Both the position numbers and the translations under genes were made by a program. 60,177 bases of DNA from a virus (taxonomy: Duplodnaviria > Caudoviricetes), in the IMG/VR virus record IMGVR_UViG_3300049197_000009, positions 1 through 60,177 of that record. The stretch is one strand, 5' to 3'. The notes under the pieces are model-generated. The model saw only the letters and a program-made list of their open reading frames with translations. It had not been told where the DNA came from and did not search any database. How positions within the stretch are numbered: the stretch's first letter is position 1; every line of letters begins with the position of its first letter. Shown here one piece after another: positions 29,468-38,508 of the stretch.

Positions 29468-30125
29468 CGTCCTCTGCTGGTGATGGTGGGGCGGTGTAAA
29501 GTGTGCGATGCTCGATGCCGAGTGCAGCCCATGCTGCCAGTTCGCTTTCCTTGCAATCGGACCAGTTCTTGACGCCGTTTTCAGTCTCGTTCAAGAATTG
29601 ATGAACAGGCACGCCTTTCGCTGCTTCGTCGGCGTGCGGCTGGGGAGTGGCAGCGAGTGCTTTTGACACGATATGATCGCGCTGATTCTTGCGAGGATGT
29701 CGGGCGCAATCCATCAACGCCGCTTCCAGCACCGCCACGCGCTCGGCCAATTGAGCGCGGTCGGCAATGGTAGATTCCGCCATGGTCTTGAGTAGATCCT
29801 TGTGAATCGTGTCAGCCTCGGCAAGCGCCTGACGCCATTTCGCGTCGCCGTGTGCGCGCATCTGCTCGGCACTGTAGTAGTCGTAGCAGCCCTTTACGTA
29901 CGCGGGCGGTGGCAGTTCCTCGTAGCACTCTGCTACTGGCTGGGCGGGGAGAGAGGTCAGCGCATCATTAATCGCAGCATTCGCCGCATCCACCAGGCAC
30001 AGCGGATACTCGCCCGCAGGAAGGTCCGCAGCAAGCGCGCCAAGCGACAGATCGAAGACCTTCACGCCAGCGGTCTCGATGACCTTGAGCATTGCCATGT
30101 ATTCGTTAGCCATTTGCTGCCTCAT
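29454..30125 (-). CDS. Hypothetical protein
   Basis: ORF in leftward operon. Confidence 0.55.
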   Translation of the reverse strand: MRQQMANEYMAMLKVIETAGVKVFDLSLGALAADLPAGEYPLCLVDAANAAINDALTSLPAQPVAECYEELPPPAYVKGCYDYYSAEQMRAHGDAKWRQALAEADTIHKDLLKTMAESTIADRAQLAERVAVLEAALMDCARHPRKNQRDHIVSKALAATPQPHADEAAKGVPVHQFLNETENGVKNWSDCKESELAAWAALGIEHRTLYTAPPSPAEDGGNG

Positions 30126-30336
30126 ATAAAGTGATGTCCTTGATATCGATGCACTGCGGATTGCCGGTCAGGTAAGCTTCGGTCTCGACGCGGCCACCAG
30201 CGAGGCGCGAGGTGATTACCTGGATGTATCCGACTTTGCCATCCCAAATCACCGGATGGGCAGAATGAAGGCACTTATGCAGCACTGCCGCGTGCTTGTA
30301 GGTCTCGGGGTCGAGTGGGGCGTATTCGATGGTCAT
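30106..30336 (-). CDS. Hypothetical protein
   Basis: ATGA-coupled ORF. Confidence 0.5.
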   Translation of the reverse strand: MTIEYAPLDPETYKHAAVLHKCLHSAHPVIWDGKVGYIQVITSRLAGGRVETEAYLTGNPQCIDIKDITLYEAANG

Positions 30337-31019
30337 GCCTTCGCCCCGTCGGCCATCGCAATCCGATACTCGGCCTTGAAAGCATCGCGCTCGGACTGTG
30401 GGCGACCGCGCCATTCGGCGTCGCCTTTGACGCGCGCATCGAAGCGCCAGTAAGCGAACTCTGCGGGATCGTCGTCAGGCGGTGATGTCGCTGGCGACGG
30501 CGGGCGCGGAAGCACTACCTGGCCGGCGTCGAGAGCGTGACGAATGGCGGCGTTGGCGATACGCTTGAATGCAATAATCTCCTGCTTAGCGCTGACCGAC
30601 CCACCGGCGTAATACGCAGAGCACAGTTGTCCCACATTCATCGCGGATTCTGGATATGACGGCTTAGGAAGCGGCCAACAGCAACCATCCAAATTGAATG
30701 CGCCGGGCGCAACCTTAAACCTATTGCCGGTCTTGTATCCGATCAGCTCGTCGCCCGCGAACACTGGCTTGCCCTCGCAGAAGCCGAGGGGGAGCATGAC
30801 GAGGTCCTTTGCTTGCGGATCGTCTGTTCTGGCAGTGTAATTTCCAACAGTCGTCCAGAGTTCGACGCTATCTTCCGAACCCGAGATGCCAACGAGAGGA
30901 TAATCATCATTTTTGCAATCCCACTTAAGAACGGTTGCCTCTTGACCACTGCGGCAGCAATACGGCGCCCCAGCCTTGGCAGCGGCAAGATCGAAAGGGC
31001 GGGTGTGTTCTGGTTTCAT
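30333..31019 (-). CDS. Hypothetical phage protein
   Basis: PFDLAAAKAG.P start; SD AAGGA. Confidence 0.65.
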   Translation of the reverse strand: MKPEHTRPFDLAAAKAGAPYCCRSGQEATVLKWDCKNDDYPLVGISGSEDSVELWTTVGNYTARTDDPQAKDLVMLPLGFCEGKPVFAGDELIGYKTGNRFKVAPGAFNLDGCCWPLPKPSYPESAMNVGQLCSAYYAGGSVSAKQEIIAFKRIANAAIRHALDAGQVVLPRPPSPATSPPDDDPAEFAYWRFDARVKGDAEWRGRPQSERDAFKAEYRIAMADGAKA

Positions 31020-31031
31020 GGCGGTCCTTGG

Positions 31032-31448
31032 TCAGTAATTCGGCCGTTCAACAAACTTCACTTCGTTCTGCGCGCCCCATGCCGCCACGTACTCAATCAG
31101 GCTGGCCATGCGGCGGATTGACATCGCAGCAGAGCTCTCTCTTAAATTCACGAATTCGCCGGTAAGCCCCGCTACCACGTCCGCACCTTCGCCGGTTTCA
31201 ATCGAATGGGCGGATATGAGTAAAATTTTCCACTGCCCGAGAGTTAGTGTCCTCGTCCCATGCTTCATCTGTTTGGCTATGTCGCCGCACATGCTGTGAA
31301 ATTTCGCGTTCTGCACAAGCAGACGATCTGGCGGTCCGACCCGTACATGGTCGCCAACCTCAAGCAAATCGATCTGCTGCTTGATGTACAGGCGGTTGCT
31401 TGGGCTGACGATCAGGAGGCGCTTTTGCGTCAAGGTGGCGCTCCCCAT
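31032..31448 (-). CDS. ninB: NinB/Orf-family recombination protein
   Basis: R...QNAKFH.MCGDIAKQ, WK.L, S...MS..RM..LIEY..AWGA. Confidence 0.85.
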   Translation of the reverse strand: MGSATLTQKRLLIVSPSNRLYIKQQIDLLEVGDHVRVGPPDRLLVQNAKFHSMCGDIAKQMKHGTRTLTLGQWKILLISAHSIETGEGADVVAGLTGEFVNLRESSAAMSIRRMASLIEYVAAWGAQNEVKFVERPNY

Positions 31449-31639
31449 GCTGGACAGTTCGCGCCATCGGTCGGCTGTACCCATATGCGCGATACCATCA
31501 CCGTGCAGGCGCTTGGAACGTCGGTTACTGTTGGTTCCGCGCGGCAGCGCGCGGTTGTGTCGCGCCTGAATCTTCCAGTCGGAGTTAGACCCCAATCGCT
31601 CGCATGCTTGCAAGTGCCGCAGCATCGGTCAGCCATCAC
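31430..31639 (-). CDS. Small Cys-rich protein
   Basis: CGTCKH...C...C; coupled. Confidence 0.5.
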   Translation of the reverse strand: MMADRCCGTCKHASDWGLTPTGRFRRDTTARCRAEPTVTDVPSACTVMVSRIWVQPTDGANCPAWGAPP

Positions 31640-32868
31640 GCCACCGCCAGCGTTTCAAAGTCCGCTTCGAGCAACCAGGCAAGCGCGGTGTTGCGATCCA
31701 CAGCAAGCCCATTGGCGATGACCATGACCAGCGTTTCGGCATCGGGAGCGGACTGGCCGTCATCACCGGTATCGAGGAAAAAGAGTTCGCCGTTTGCTTC
31801 CGGCTCTGGCGGGGCTTCGGCGGCAACTCGCGCCGCCTCATCAAACGCCGCATTCATCACCAATGCAACCGGGTGATCGATTTCGCGCAGCGCAGCGGCT
31901 TGTTGAGTGGCGATGGCTTCGGCCTTCTCGGCTTCCAGCTTCGCGCGCTCATCCGCAATCTGCTTCGCCTGCTTCTCAAGCTGGCGCTTCGTATCAGCGG
32001 CTACGCGGTCACGCTCGACCTGTTCAGCCTTGGCGCGGCGCTCGGCTTCTTCTGCAACCTCCGCAAGGCGCGCTTGCTCTTTCTGGATAGCGAGGCGCTC
32101 GGCTGCGGCTGCGGCGTCCTGTGCGGCCTTTGCGACGGCTAGCTCGGCCTGTTGACGGGCAAGCTCCTTGCGCTCTGCGGCGATGCGATCCTGTTCGGCG
32201 GCGACAGCGGCAAGCCGGGCGGCTTCGGCCTTCTCGGCAGCGTCGGCGGCACCGAACAATTCTTCCAGCCGCAGCGCGGTTTCGCAAACGGCTTTGCGCG
32301 CATCGTCGGTGAAGTCCGCAAAGGTCTCGGCTTCTACCTCCGTGCTGGCCAGCGTTTCGAGTAGCACCTTGATGGTTGCGGATGAGTTGCCAGTGGCGGC
32401 TAGGGCGAGGTCGCGGATGGCTTGTATTTTGGCCTGCAAGCCTTCGATGCGGGCGCGCTCGGCAGCCACCTTGACAAGCCGCTCGGTCTCTTTGCGGCCT
32501 TCCTCGGCCTTGATATCGGCGTCGAATAGTAGTTCCAGCGGCGTGATCAGTTCCTCCACGCCGTCGAAGCCAGATTCCAGCAGTTTTCCAATCTTGGTGA
32601 TCGGCTCCTTGCGGGCCTTGCGCTCCTTGTCGGCATCGACGCGCAGATCGCGGAACAGGGCGCGGGCCTTGATGGCGACTTGCATGCCTGCCGTGGTCTT
32701 GATGTCGTAGTCGATGGCGCGCACGCTGTCGATGGCCGATGCAAGCTTGGCCTTGAACGGCTGGTAGACCTCGGCGGCGTACTTCTCGGGCGACAGCGTG
32801 ACAACGGCTATCGCATCGACTGCGCTTTGTGTGATGGCTTGCAGCTCGGTTTTGGTCTCGGCGTTCAT
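31636..32868 (-). CDS. Coiled-coil protein (DUF1351/Gam-like position)
   Basis: Long Ala/Glu coiled coil next to exonuclease. Confidence 0.6.
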   Translation of the reverse strand: MNAETKTELQAITQSAVDAIAVVTLSPEKYAAEVYQPFKAKLASAIDSVRAIDYDIKTTAGMQVAIKARALFRDLRVDADKERKARKEPITKIGKLLESGFDGVEELITPLELLFDADIKAEEGRKETERLVKVAAERARIEGLQAKIQAIRDLALAATGNSSATIKVLLETLASTEVEAETFADFTDDARKAVCETALRLEELFGAADAAEKAEAARLAAVAAEQDRIAAERKELARQQAELAVAKAAQDAAAAAERLAIQKEQARLAEVAEEAERRAKAEQVERDRVAADTKRQLEKQAKQIADERAKLEAEKAEAIATQQAAALREIDHPVALVMNAAFDEAARVAAEAPPEPEANGELFFLDTGDDGQSAPDAETLVMVIANGLAVDRNTALAWLLEADFETLAVA

Positions 32869-33596
32869 GCGGCCTCTCGATGTTCTAGTTTGATTTGGGC
32901 TACCAGGTCCATTAGGTAGTTGTGAGCAACGGCGCACTTGGCGTCAAGTTTTTGCTCTAACGCTGGGTCGCGCTTGTAAGTGATGCTGGTAATGCGTAGC
33001 GCCGGGTCGATGTGGCTGACTTCATGCAGTTCGGGTTGCTCCCACTTGCGCAGATCGTCCGGTGTGTCGAGCATGATGAAAGCCACTTCATGCTCGTGAA
33101 CGTCTGGCCAGAGCTTCATATAGCTGACGCCCTGCCACATATAGAGCGGATCGTGCGCCTCGGAACTCAGGGCCGGGAACGTTGACAAGTCCCATGCGAC
33201 CTTGGTATCGATGGTCTTGACGCCTGGTTCGTAGATATCGCACTCGCCGGTCAAGTATTGGCTCACGCGCCGCTCAGTGTTCTTTGCGTAGCTCTTGAAT
33301 CGCATCTTGTTGATAAAGGCGATTGCCTCATCTTCAAGCAGCAGACCCTTGTCCATAAACTTGGTCGTTACCACCTTGTGATAGCCAAACACAAACTCCT
33401 TGGCGAGGCCCATCAAATAGGACTTCGCGCCGGCCGACAGGGATAACTCTTTGTACGGGAGAAGGCGTTCAGTGTCGGCGGCAGACTTGCGCGACTTGCT
33501 TGCGATATCTCGCAGATCGGGCGGCAGAATGGCGAGATCGACCGATTGTGCGTCGCTCATCAGAAGGCCGACGCTGGATGGATGGAAGCGAATCAT
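32865..33596 (-). CDS. YqaJ/lambda-exonuclease-like nuclease
   Basis: SSVG.LM, KG..LE, GECD, DTK, YMWQ..SYM. Confidence 0.75.
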   Translation of the reverse strand: MIRFHPSSVGLLMSDAQSVDLAILPPDLRDIASKSRKSAADTERLLPYKELSLSAGAKSYLMGLAKEFVFGYHKVVTTKFMDKGLLLEDEAIAFINKMRFKSYAKNTERRVSQYLTGECDIYEPGVKTIDTKVAWDLSTFPALSSEAHDPLYMWQGVSYMKLWPDVHEHEVAFIMLDTPDDLRKWEQPELHEVSHIDPALRITSITYKRDPALEQKLDAKCAVAHNYLMDLVAQIKLEHREAA

Positions 33597-34351
33597 TTTG
33601 CCTTCGAGTCCATATCAGCAAGGACAACCAGTTGATCGGTGGTCAGGGCGTAGTAGTCACGCATTTCCTTCGTGGTGTAGTCGCCAGCGGCAATAGAGGC
33701 AACCGCCTGATCGAAGCGCTTGCTGTTGAGCGGCTCCTTGACTGGTGGCGCTTGCGGAGTGTCGCGCACTTGGCCATGCCCAGCGCCGTCATCGTCCGGC
33801 ATATCACTGGTCGCGAGGCCGCAGGCGCCCAAGAGGCTGTAGCGCTGGAGGTAGGTGATCGCGGAGGAAATCTGCTGAATGCCGTTCTTCTTTCCGGAGT
33901 TGTCCGGTGGCGCTTCCAAAGACGTGGACTTGCTATGGCCCAACTTGTGCGTAAGCGTACAGGTGACAACGATCATGCCGCTCTCAGGCTGCTTCGTGTC
34001 CCAGTCGTGACTGATGCCGTTCGCCGCAAGCAGGCCAATCACAGCCTCGCAGATGCCGCCGAGTGTGGCGTGGTTATAGCTCGTACCGGAGAACGAAACA
34101 TTTTTCTCCTTGTAGATTGTCGGCGCGGTCTTTTTGAACTCGGCCATAGCCTCAACGAAAGCCATGCGTGCCTTGTTGGCCTCGTGGCGCTCTTGCAGTT
34201 CCATAAGCTTTTCCAGGCGGTCCAAATCCGCGCCGCTATCCAACGCATAGCGAAGTAGATCAGCGGGGCCGACAGATTGGCTTGGGGCACCAAGCGGCGT
34301 TTCGGCGCGAACCACCATTTGACCGTTTTCGATTACTTCACTCATTGTCAT
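33593..34351 (-). CDS. ERF-family single-strand annealing protein
   Basis: LEKLM.LQER, SAITYLQRYSL, D.DG. Confidence 0.9.
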   Translation of the reverse strand: MTMSEVIENGQMVVRAETPLGAPSQSVGPADLLRYALDSGADLDRLEKLMELQERHEANKARMAFVEAMAEFKKTAPTIYKEKNVSFSGTSYNHATLGGICEAVIGLLAANGISHDWDTKQPESGMIVVTCTLTHKLGHSKSTSLEAPPDNSGKKNGIQQISSAITYLQRYSLLGACGLATSDMPDDDGAGHGQVRDTPQAPPVKEPLNSKRFDQAVASIAAGDYTTKEMRDYYALTTDQLVVLADMDSKAK

Positions 34352-34442
34352 TCCTATAGTTTGAAATACTTGATTGCCAGGTACAGCGCGTTCTTGCGCT
34401 CGAACCCGTATCCGCGCCAGCGCCGGTATTGGGTGATCAGCT

Positions 34443-34661
34443 TCATTTCTTAATCTCGTCGTACGCGGTCATCTGGCGGCCACGGCGGTCAAGGTCGGCG
34501 TACTTGTCAACCTTCTTGGCGATCTGGTCGCGCAACTTTTCTTCGTCGCGCTGGTCCTGGTGCTGCGCGCCGCCGAGGCAGGCAATCACGACGAAGGCTC
34601 CGAGCAGGCCAAGAGCGAAGCCGAGCAGGCTAGGCAGGGCTTCTTCTTCGCGGCGGGTCAT
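34443..34661 (-). CDS. Small membrane protein
   Basis: TM segment; coupled. Confidence 0.5.
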   Translation of the reverse strand: MTRREEEALPSLLGFALGLLGAFVVIACLGGAQHQDQRDEEKLRDQIAKKVDKYADLDRRGRQMTAYDEIKK

Positions 34662-34900
34662 GGCGCGCTCCGTGGCTTTCTCGCGAGGCCGCGCCACATG
34701 AATTCGTACTTGCTAAGTTGTTCGGTTGCGGTTGCGTCTACCTTGTCGGGCGCACTGCCGCAGCAGATTGTCCAATTCACGCCATTAAAGTAGTAGAAAG
34801 GGAATGGCAAAATCCTCCCGTTCAGCGCACGGCGCTCATAGATTCCGACGCGGTTCGGCTTTACGTCAGGTGGAAACCACGGCGTCAATTTCGCGCTCAT
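34658..34900 (-). CDS. Hypothetical phage protein
   Basis: LTPWFP..VKP.R.G.YE...WRGLA. Confidence 0.65.
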   Translation of the reverse strand: MSAKLTPWFPPDVKPNRVGIYERRALNGRILPFPFYYFNGVNWTICCGSAPDKVDATATEQLSKYEFMWRGLARKPRSAP

Positions 34901-35245
34901 ACCACCACCCCCAACAAGCCATCAAGCAGGCCGCACGCCAGCACGATCAAAAGAAGGATCGCGATTGCGTGGCGATTCTCGCGGCTGGTAGTTACTTGCT
35001 GATCCATGTTGCCTCCTGTTGGTTGAAGTGGTAAATCGGGCTACCTTCATCGCTACGTACGGCTAGGGATCTCTGAAGTTAATCTTCGCCCTGAGCCTTA
35101 ACGGGGTCGGGTACTATCCGCCCAAATCCAGTCATGCGACCACCACAAGAGAGAACCCGGAGACTGGCTCAACTGGCCGGGGCGCTTCGCTGATTTGCCC
35201 GGACTCTCTCTTGTAGCCACCCCTTACGAGGGTGAGGCGAACTAC

Positions 35246-35581
35246 TCACATGCCATGCTGCTCTGCGAGGCGCGCGAGGCGGCGATGCTCCATGTGCGCC
35301 AGATGGGCCTTGTGCGCTTCCAGTCGTTCAGTGGTTGCCATGCGCGTTGCGCGGGAGGCGGCGAGGCCTGCGCCATACGGCGTGAAGTTGCTCGACGCTA
35401 CGCCCTTGATGCCAGTGCTGAAAGCGTGACCGGTTTCACTGCGGGCCTGACGCTGCTTAGCGCGCGACGATGCGCCGCTACCGCCTGCCTTCACGTCCTT
35501 GTTGATATCTTTCAACGCCAGATTGGCGATGTTGCGGCGGGCCTTGTAATCGCTGAAGCTCTCGTTCTCGTTGCGCTGCAT
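35246..35581 (-). CDS. Basic hypothetical protein
   Basis: SD GGAG; basic composition. Confidence 0.6.
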   Translation of the reverse strand: MQRNENESFSDYKARRNIANLALKDINKDVKAGGSGASSRAKQRQARSETGHAFSTGIKGVASSNFTPYGAGLAASRATRMATTERLEAHKAHLAHMEHRRLARLAEQHGM

Positions 35582-35776
35582 GTGCTACTCCGGTTGGTTA
35601 AGTGGTTCCGCGCTCGCCCATCGGGCCGACTGCGCGGAGAGTCGGGGCTACCGCCCAAAGGGTCTGATTTCCTGACCTGACCAAGGCAAGCGCCACAGAT
35701 GAAAGTGGATGGCGGCGCGCACTCCTACTGCCGCTACCGCCTCATGGGCGGCTTGCGTGGTGCTGTGGTGGCGCTG

Positions 35777-35989
35777 TTAGATCGCGCAGTAGACCAGCGC
35801 GCCCGCATCGACATACGATTTGATGGTGCGTTGCATTTCCAATTCGGGGACGCGAAATCCGACCAATCCAAGCATGTCGCCGTTAGGCAGATAGTTCGTG
35901 CCTCGAAACTGCTCGATAACGTACCCGCCGTTTGGCCAGCACACTAAGCGTTGACCGTTGCGCCCGAAATGCCCTTGCGTTATGTCCAT
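35777..35989 (-). CDS. Hypothetical protein
   Basis: SD AAGGA. Confidence 0.55.
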   Translation of the reverse strand: MDITQGHFGRNGQRLVCWPNGGYVIEQFRGTNYLPNGDMLGLVGFRVPELEMQRTIKSYVDAGALVYCAI

Positions 35990-36037
35990 GATCGGTATTC
36001 CTTTCGGTAGTCGCGCCGCCAGCGGCGGCGCTGTTAG

Positions 36038-36304
36038 TTAAGCCGCCAGCCCGTCGCAATCGAAGCGCGCAATCTGGTAGTTGATCTGGCTCTCGCGCCG
36101 CGCCGTCGCAATCGAGCGATCGGCAAACTCGTTCATCGCGTCGTAAGCCTTGCCAGGAATCAGCGCGCCGATGCTGCGCTTGTCGCCGCACAGGGCCACG
36201 TCTTGAACATCCGCCTCGCCGTCGAAGTCGCCGTACAGGTCAACCACGATATCCATGTACTTGTAGCCAGAGGCGAGCAGCTTGTAGGTCGAGTTGATGT
36301 TCAT
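36038..36304 (-). CDS. First gene of the PL operon, hypothetical
   Basis: Downstream of PL; SD GAGA. Confidence 0.6.
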   Translation of the reverse strand: MNINSTYKLLASGYKYMDIVVDLYGDFDGEADVQDVALCGDKRSIGALIPGKAYDAMNEFADRSIATARRESQINYQIARFDCDGLAA

Positions 36305-36338
36305 GGTGTTCTCGGTGTGTTTGTTGAGGCGATGAGTA

Positions 36339-36381
36339 ATTATCGGTGTTCCAATATTCAATGTCAATAGGGATACCGATA
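36339..36381 (-). promoter_or_regulatory. PL promoter with two operators
   Basis: TTGACA-17-GATAAT on minus strand; operators TATCGGTGTTCCAATA (36341) and AATAGGGATACCGATA (36366). Confidence 0.85.
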
Positions 36382-36447
36382 TTTCTTCGATATTTCTGAT
36401 AAAATGAGTCCGTTGCTATGAATTAGTGGTCACGCTGGGAGTTGCGG

Positions 36448-37029
36448 ATGAAAGTGCGGAATTACCTAGAGGCAAAGTACGGAGTCGGAAATGCAACGAC
36501 GTTGCTCTATTGCGAGGCGAAGGCGTTTGGCATTCAGTACCCACCGGCGAGCGGCTGGCTCCGCCTGCACGGAGACATCGAGATTGATTCAGGGATGGCA
36601 AGGCGGCTGCGAGCGGCTTTGGAAAAGAGCGACAAACCATCGGCAAAGGATGGTCTTCGGGTGTTGGATATTGCGTGGCTGGAGCTTAAATCTTCGCCCG
36701 ACGCCACAGGCGATCTATTTCTTCAGTCAAAAGCCTGGAAGCGGCTGCGCATTCAGGCGCTCAACAAGTATGGCCGGAAGTGCCAATGTTGCGGCGCTAG
36801 TCCGTCCACCGGGGCCGTGCTGAACGTGGATCATGTCCTACCGCGCCGCCTGTTCCCGGCTTTAGCCTTGCATCTGGATAATCTGCAGGTGCTATGCGGT
36901 GATTGCAACGAGGGTAAGGGAAATTGGGATATGACCGATTCCCGGCCTGGCGCACGATTGCAGCCCGTTCGAGCGGTGCGAGCAATGCGCGCCCGCCTTA
37001 CTGGCGGCGGGATGGGGCGCGCCAACTAA
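36448..37029 (+). CDS. HNH endonuclease in immunity region
   Basis: W..LR...L..YG.KCQCCG, VDHV.P, NLQVLC.DCN.GK. Confidence 0.85.
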   Translation: MKVRNYLEAKYGVGNATTLLYCEAKAFGIQYPPASGWLRLHGDIEIDSGMARRLRAALEKSDKPSAKDGLRVLDIAWLELKSSPDATGDLFLQSKAWKRLRIQALNKYGRKCQCCGASPSTGAVLNVDHVLPRRLFPALALHLDNLQVLCGDCNEGKGNWDMTDSRPGARLQPVRAVRAMRARLTGGGMGRAN

Positions 37030-37250
37030 GTCCGATCTAGCAGTAGCCGAAGCATTCCCTTGATCTCGTCGGCCAGCCGCCTCATTTCTTCCATGTGTTC
37101 CGTTTGTAGTCTTGCAAGTATCTCAGCGTTCAGCGACCGACCGTTGTGTTCTGCCGACGCTCTAAGTTGATCCCGTAGCTCGCTCGGCAATCGGAGTGCC
37201 GTCTGTACATAATCTACCTGTTTCGCTTTTTGTTTGGGCGGTTTCGTCAT
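37026..37250 (-). CDS. Arc-family ribbon-helix-helix regulator
   Basis: LRLP.ELR..L...A..NGRSLNAEI.ARL. Confidence 0.9.
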   Translation of the reverse strand: MTKPPKQKAKQVDYVQTALRLPSELRDQLRASAEHNGRSLNAEILARLQTEHMEEMRRLADEIKGMLRLLLDRT

Positions 37251-37374
37251 CGCCCGATTTTTTCACGGGCCACCGTGCCAAAGTGTGAACTGTTTCCATT
37301 ATGGAAGCGGCAATGTGAGAATTCGTTACTTTTCAGTGGGTAAATTAGGCATAAAAGATACCTTTATTCTAATT

Positions 37375-37390
37375 GTAGGATCATTCCTAC
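37375..37390. promoter_or_regulatory. Palindromic regulator site GTAGGA-N4-TCCTAC
   Basis: Perfect 6-bp inverted repeat in AT-rich intergenic DNA upstream of 37435. Confidence 0.55.
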
Positions 37391-37434
37391 GGTGGTACAT
37401 TAGCTAGTGAATAATTTTACGGACGTACACTTAT

Positions 37435-37641
37435 ATGAATGTTGAGCAACAGTTGTTGAAGTCGTTTTATGCGTCTGATGGCAGGGGAAGGTTGGCAATA
37501 CTGGAATACGCCGCCAGCATGGCCGAGGACTGGCCTGATCTCGGTCTAGGTCTAGGGCAGATCATCGCCGACCCGGCTTGCCTCCCTGGTAGCGAGCTTG
37601 ATAATCTCGAACCGCCCCCTATCGTCGGTCCGTCGAAATAG
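37435..37641 (+). CDS. Small protein homologous to the CI C-terminal domain (candidate antirepressor)
   Basis: Ungapped 11/27 identity with CI C-terminus. Confidence 0.6.
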   Translation: MNVEQQLLKSFYASDGRGRLAILEYAASMAEDWPDLGLGLGQIIADPACLPGSELDNLEPPPIVGPSK

Positions 37642-37926
37642 ATCAAGAAGTCCAGCCTCATCCTCGTACGCAAGAATCATTCGAGCCTGCCGCCCAGAAA
37701 ATGCCGCAGCATCGTTTGTGGCTCGCGGTAGCCCCTTCCCGGTCTCAAGCCAAAGCGCATTGACGCCGCATGCAGCAGCGATTGACGCAATCAGCGTAGT
37801 CGCGTGAGACACCCCGGTCTCCAACTCCGACAGTGAGCCTTGAGCCATCCCGACCCTCTTAGCTAGTTGCTTCTGAGTCAGCTTCGCAGCCTTGCGAGCC
37901 TCTCTTATTCTTGTTCCTATAGACAT
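37552..37926 (-). CDS. cI: CI-like XRE repressor lacking an S24 peptidase domain (124 aa)
   Basis: IREARK...LTQ.QLA..VG..Q..LSELETG; WL.TGKG; divergent from cro. Confidence 0.9.
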   Translation of the reverse strand: MSIGTRIREARKAAKLTQKQLAKRVGMAQGSLSELETGVSHATTLIASIAAACGVNALWLETGKGLPRATNDAAAFSGRQARMILAYEDEAGLLDLFRRTDDRGRFEIIKLATREASRVGDDLP

Positions 37927-37999
37927 AACGATATTATCCGTTGCAATTAAATTGGTATTCCGATTGACAGCAAATATCGGAGTGCCTATAATTTGACTC
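37927..37999. promoter_or_regulatory. PR/PRM with two operators; both mRNAs apparently leaderless
   Basis: TTGACA(37964)-17-TATAAT(37987), ATG after 7 nt; operators at 37950 and 37975 match the PL operators. Confidence 0.85.
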
Positions 38000-38203
38000 A
38001 TGAACATTCCTTTCACTATCTCAGGCTTGCGAAAAGCCGGTCTTACCCAAGCGCAAATCGGTGATGCGGTCGGCCTGAAGCAGTCGAGCATCAGCGAGAT
38101 GGAGGCTGGTAAGTGCGGCGTCACACGCCCAACGCACGGCCTCGTAACTGGCCTGGCATCACTGGCGAAAAAATACCTGATCGCCACCGAGCCACCGCCT
38201 TGA
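38000..38203 (+). CDS. cro: Cro-like HTH protein
   Basis: GLTQAQIG..VG..QSSISEME.G. Confidence 0.85.
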   Translation: MNIPFTISGLRKAGLTQAQIGDAVGLKQSSISEMEAGKCGVTRPTHGLVTGLASLAKKYLIATEPPP

Positions 38204-38256
38204 CACCTCTCAATCAACCCGCAACACGTTCCAACTTTCCCCCACAGGAGCTAAAA

Positions 38257-38508
38257 GTGAAACCAGCAACCCGAACCATCGTAGTTAAAAGCTTGCTCAA
38301 CCCTGACGAATTTCTCGATTTTGAGCGGGCCTGCGCAACCAGTGATGTGCCACAAAGCCGCATCCTCCGCGACCTCGCCACCAGTTGGTCGCGATGGATG
38401 AATCGTACAACCAGATCGCGGCGACGAGAAAGGCCCGGCGCTGGCCAACACATGGCCATGTTTCCGAGCCGTCGCGGCGGCGCGCCAACCCCTCCAATGC
38501 GGCTTTGA
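38257..38508 (+). CDS. Small DNA-binding protein in cII position
   Basis: SD AGGAG, GTG start; RHH-like pattern. Confidence 0.55.
   Translation: MKPATRTIVVKSLLNPDEFLDFERACATSDVPQSRILRDLATSWSRWMNRTTRSRRRERPGAGQHMAMFPSRRGGAPTPPMRL

Noticed and set aside
37927-38217. 221-aa version of the repressor
   Set aside because: Extension runs through the operators and antisense to cro; the HTH begins at ATG 37926
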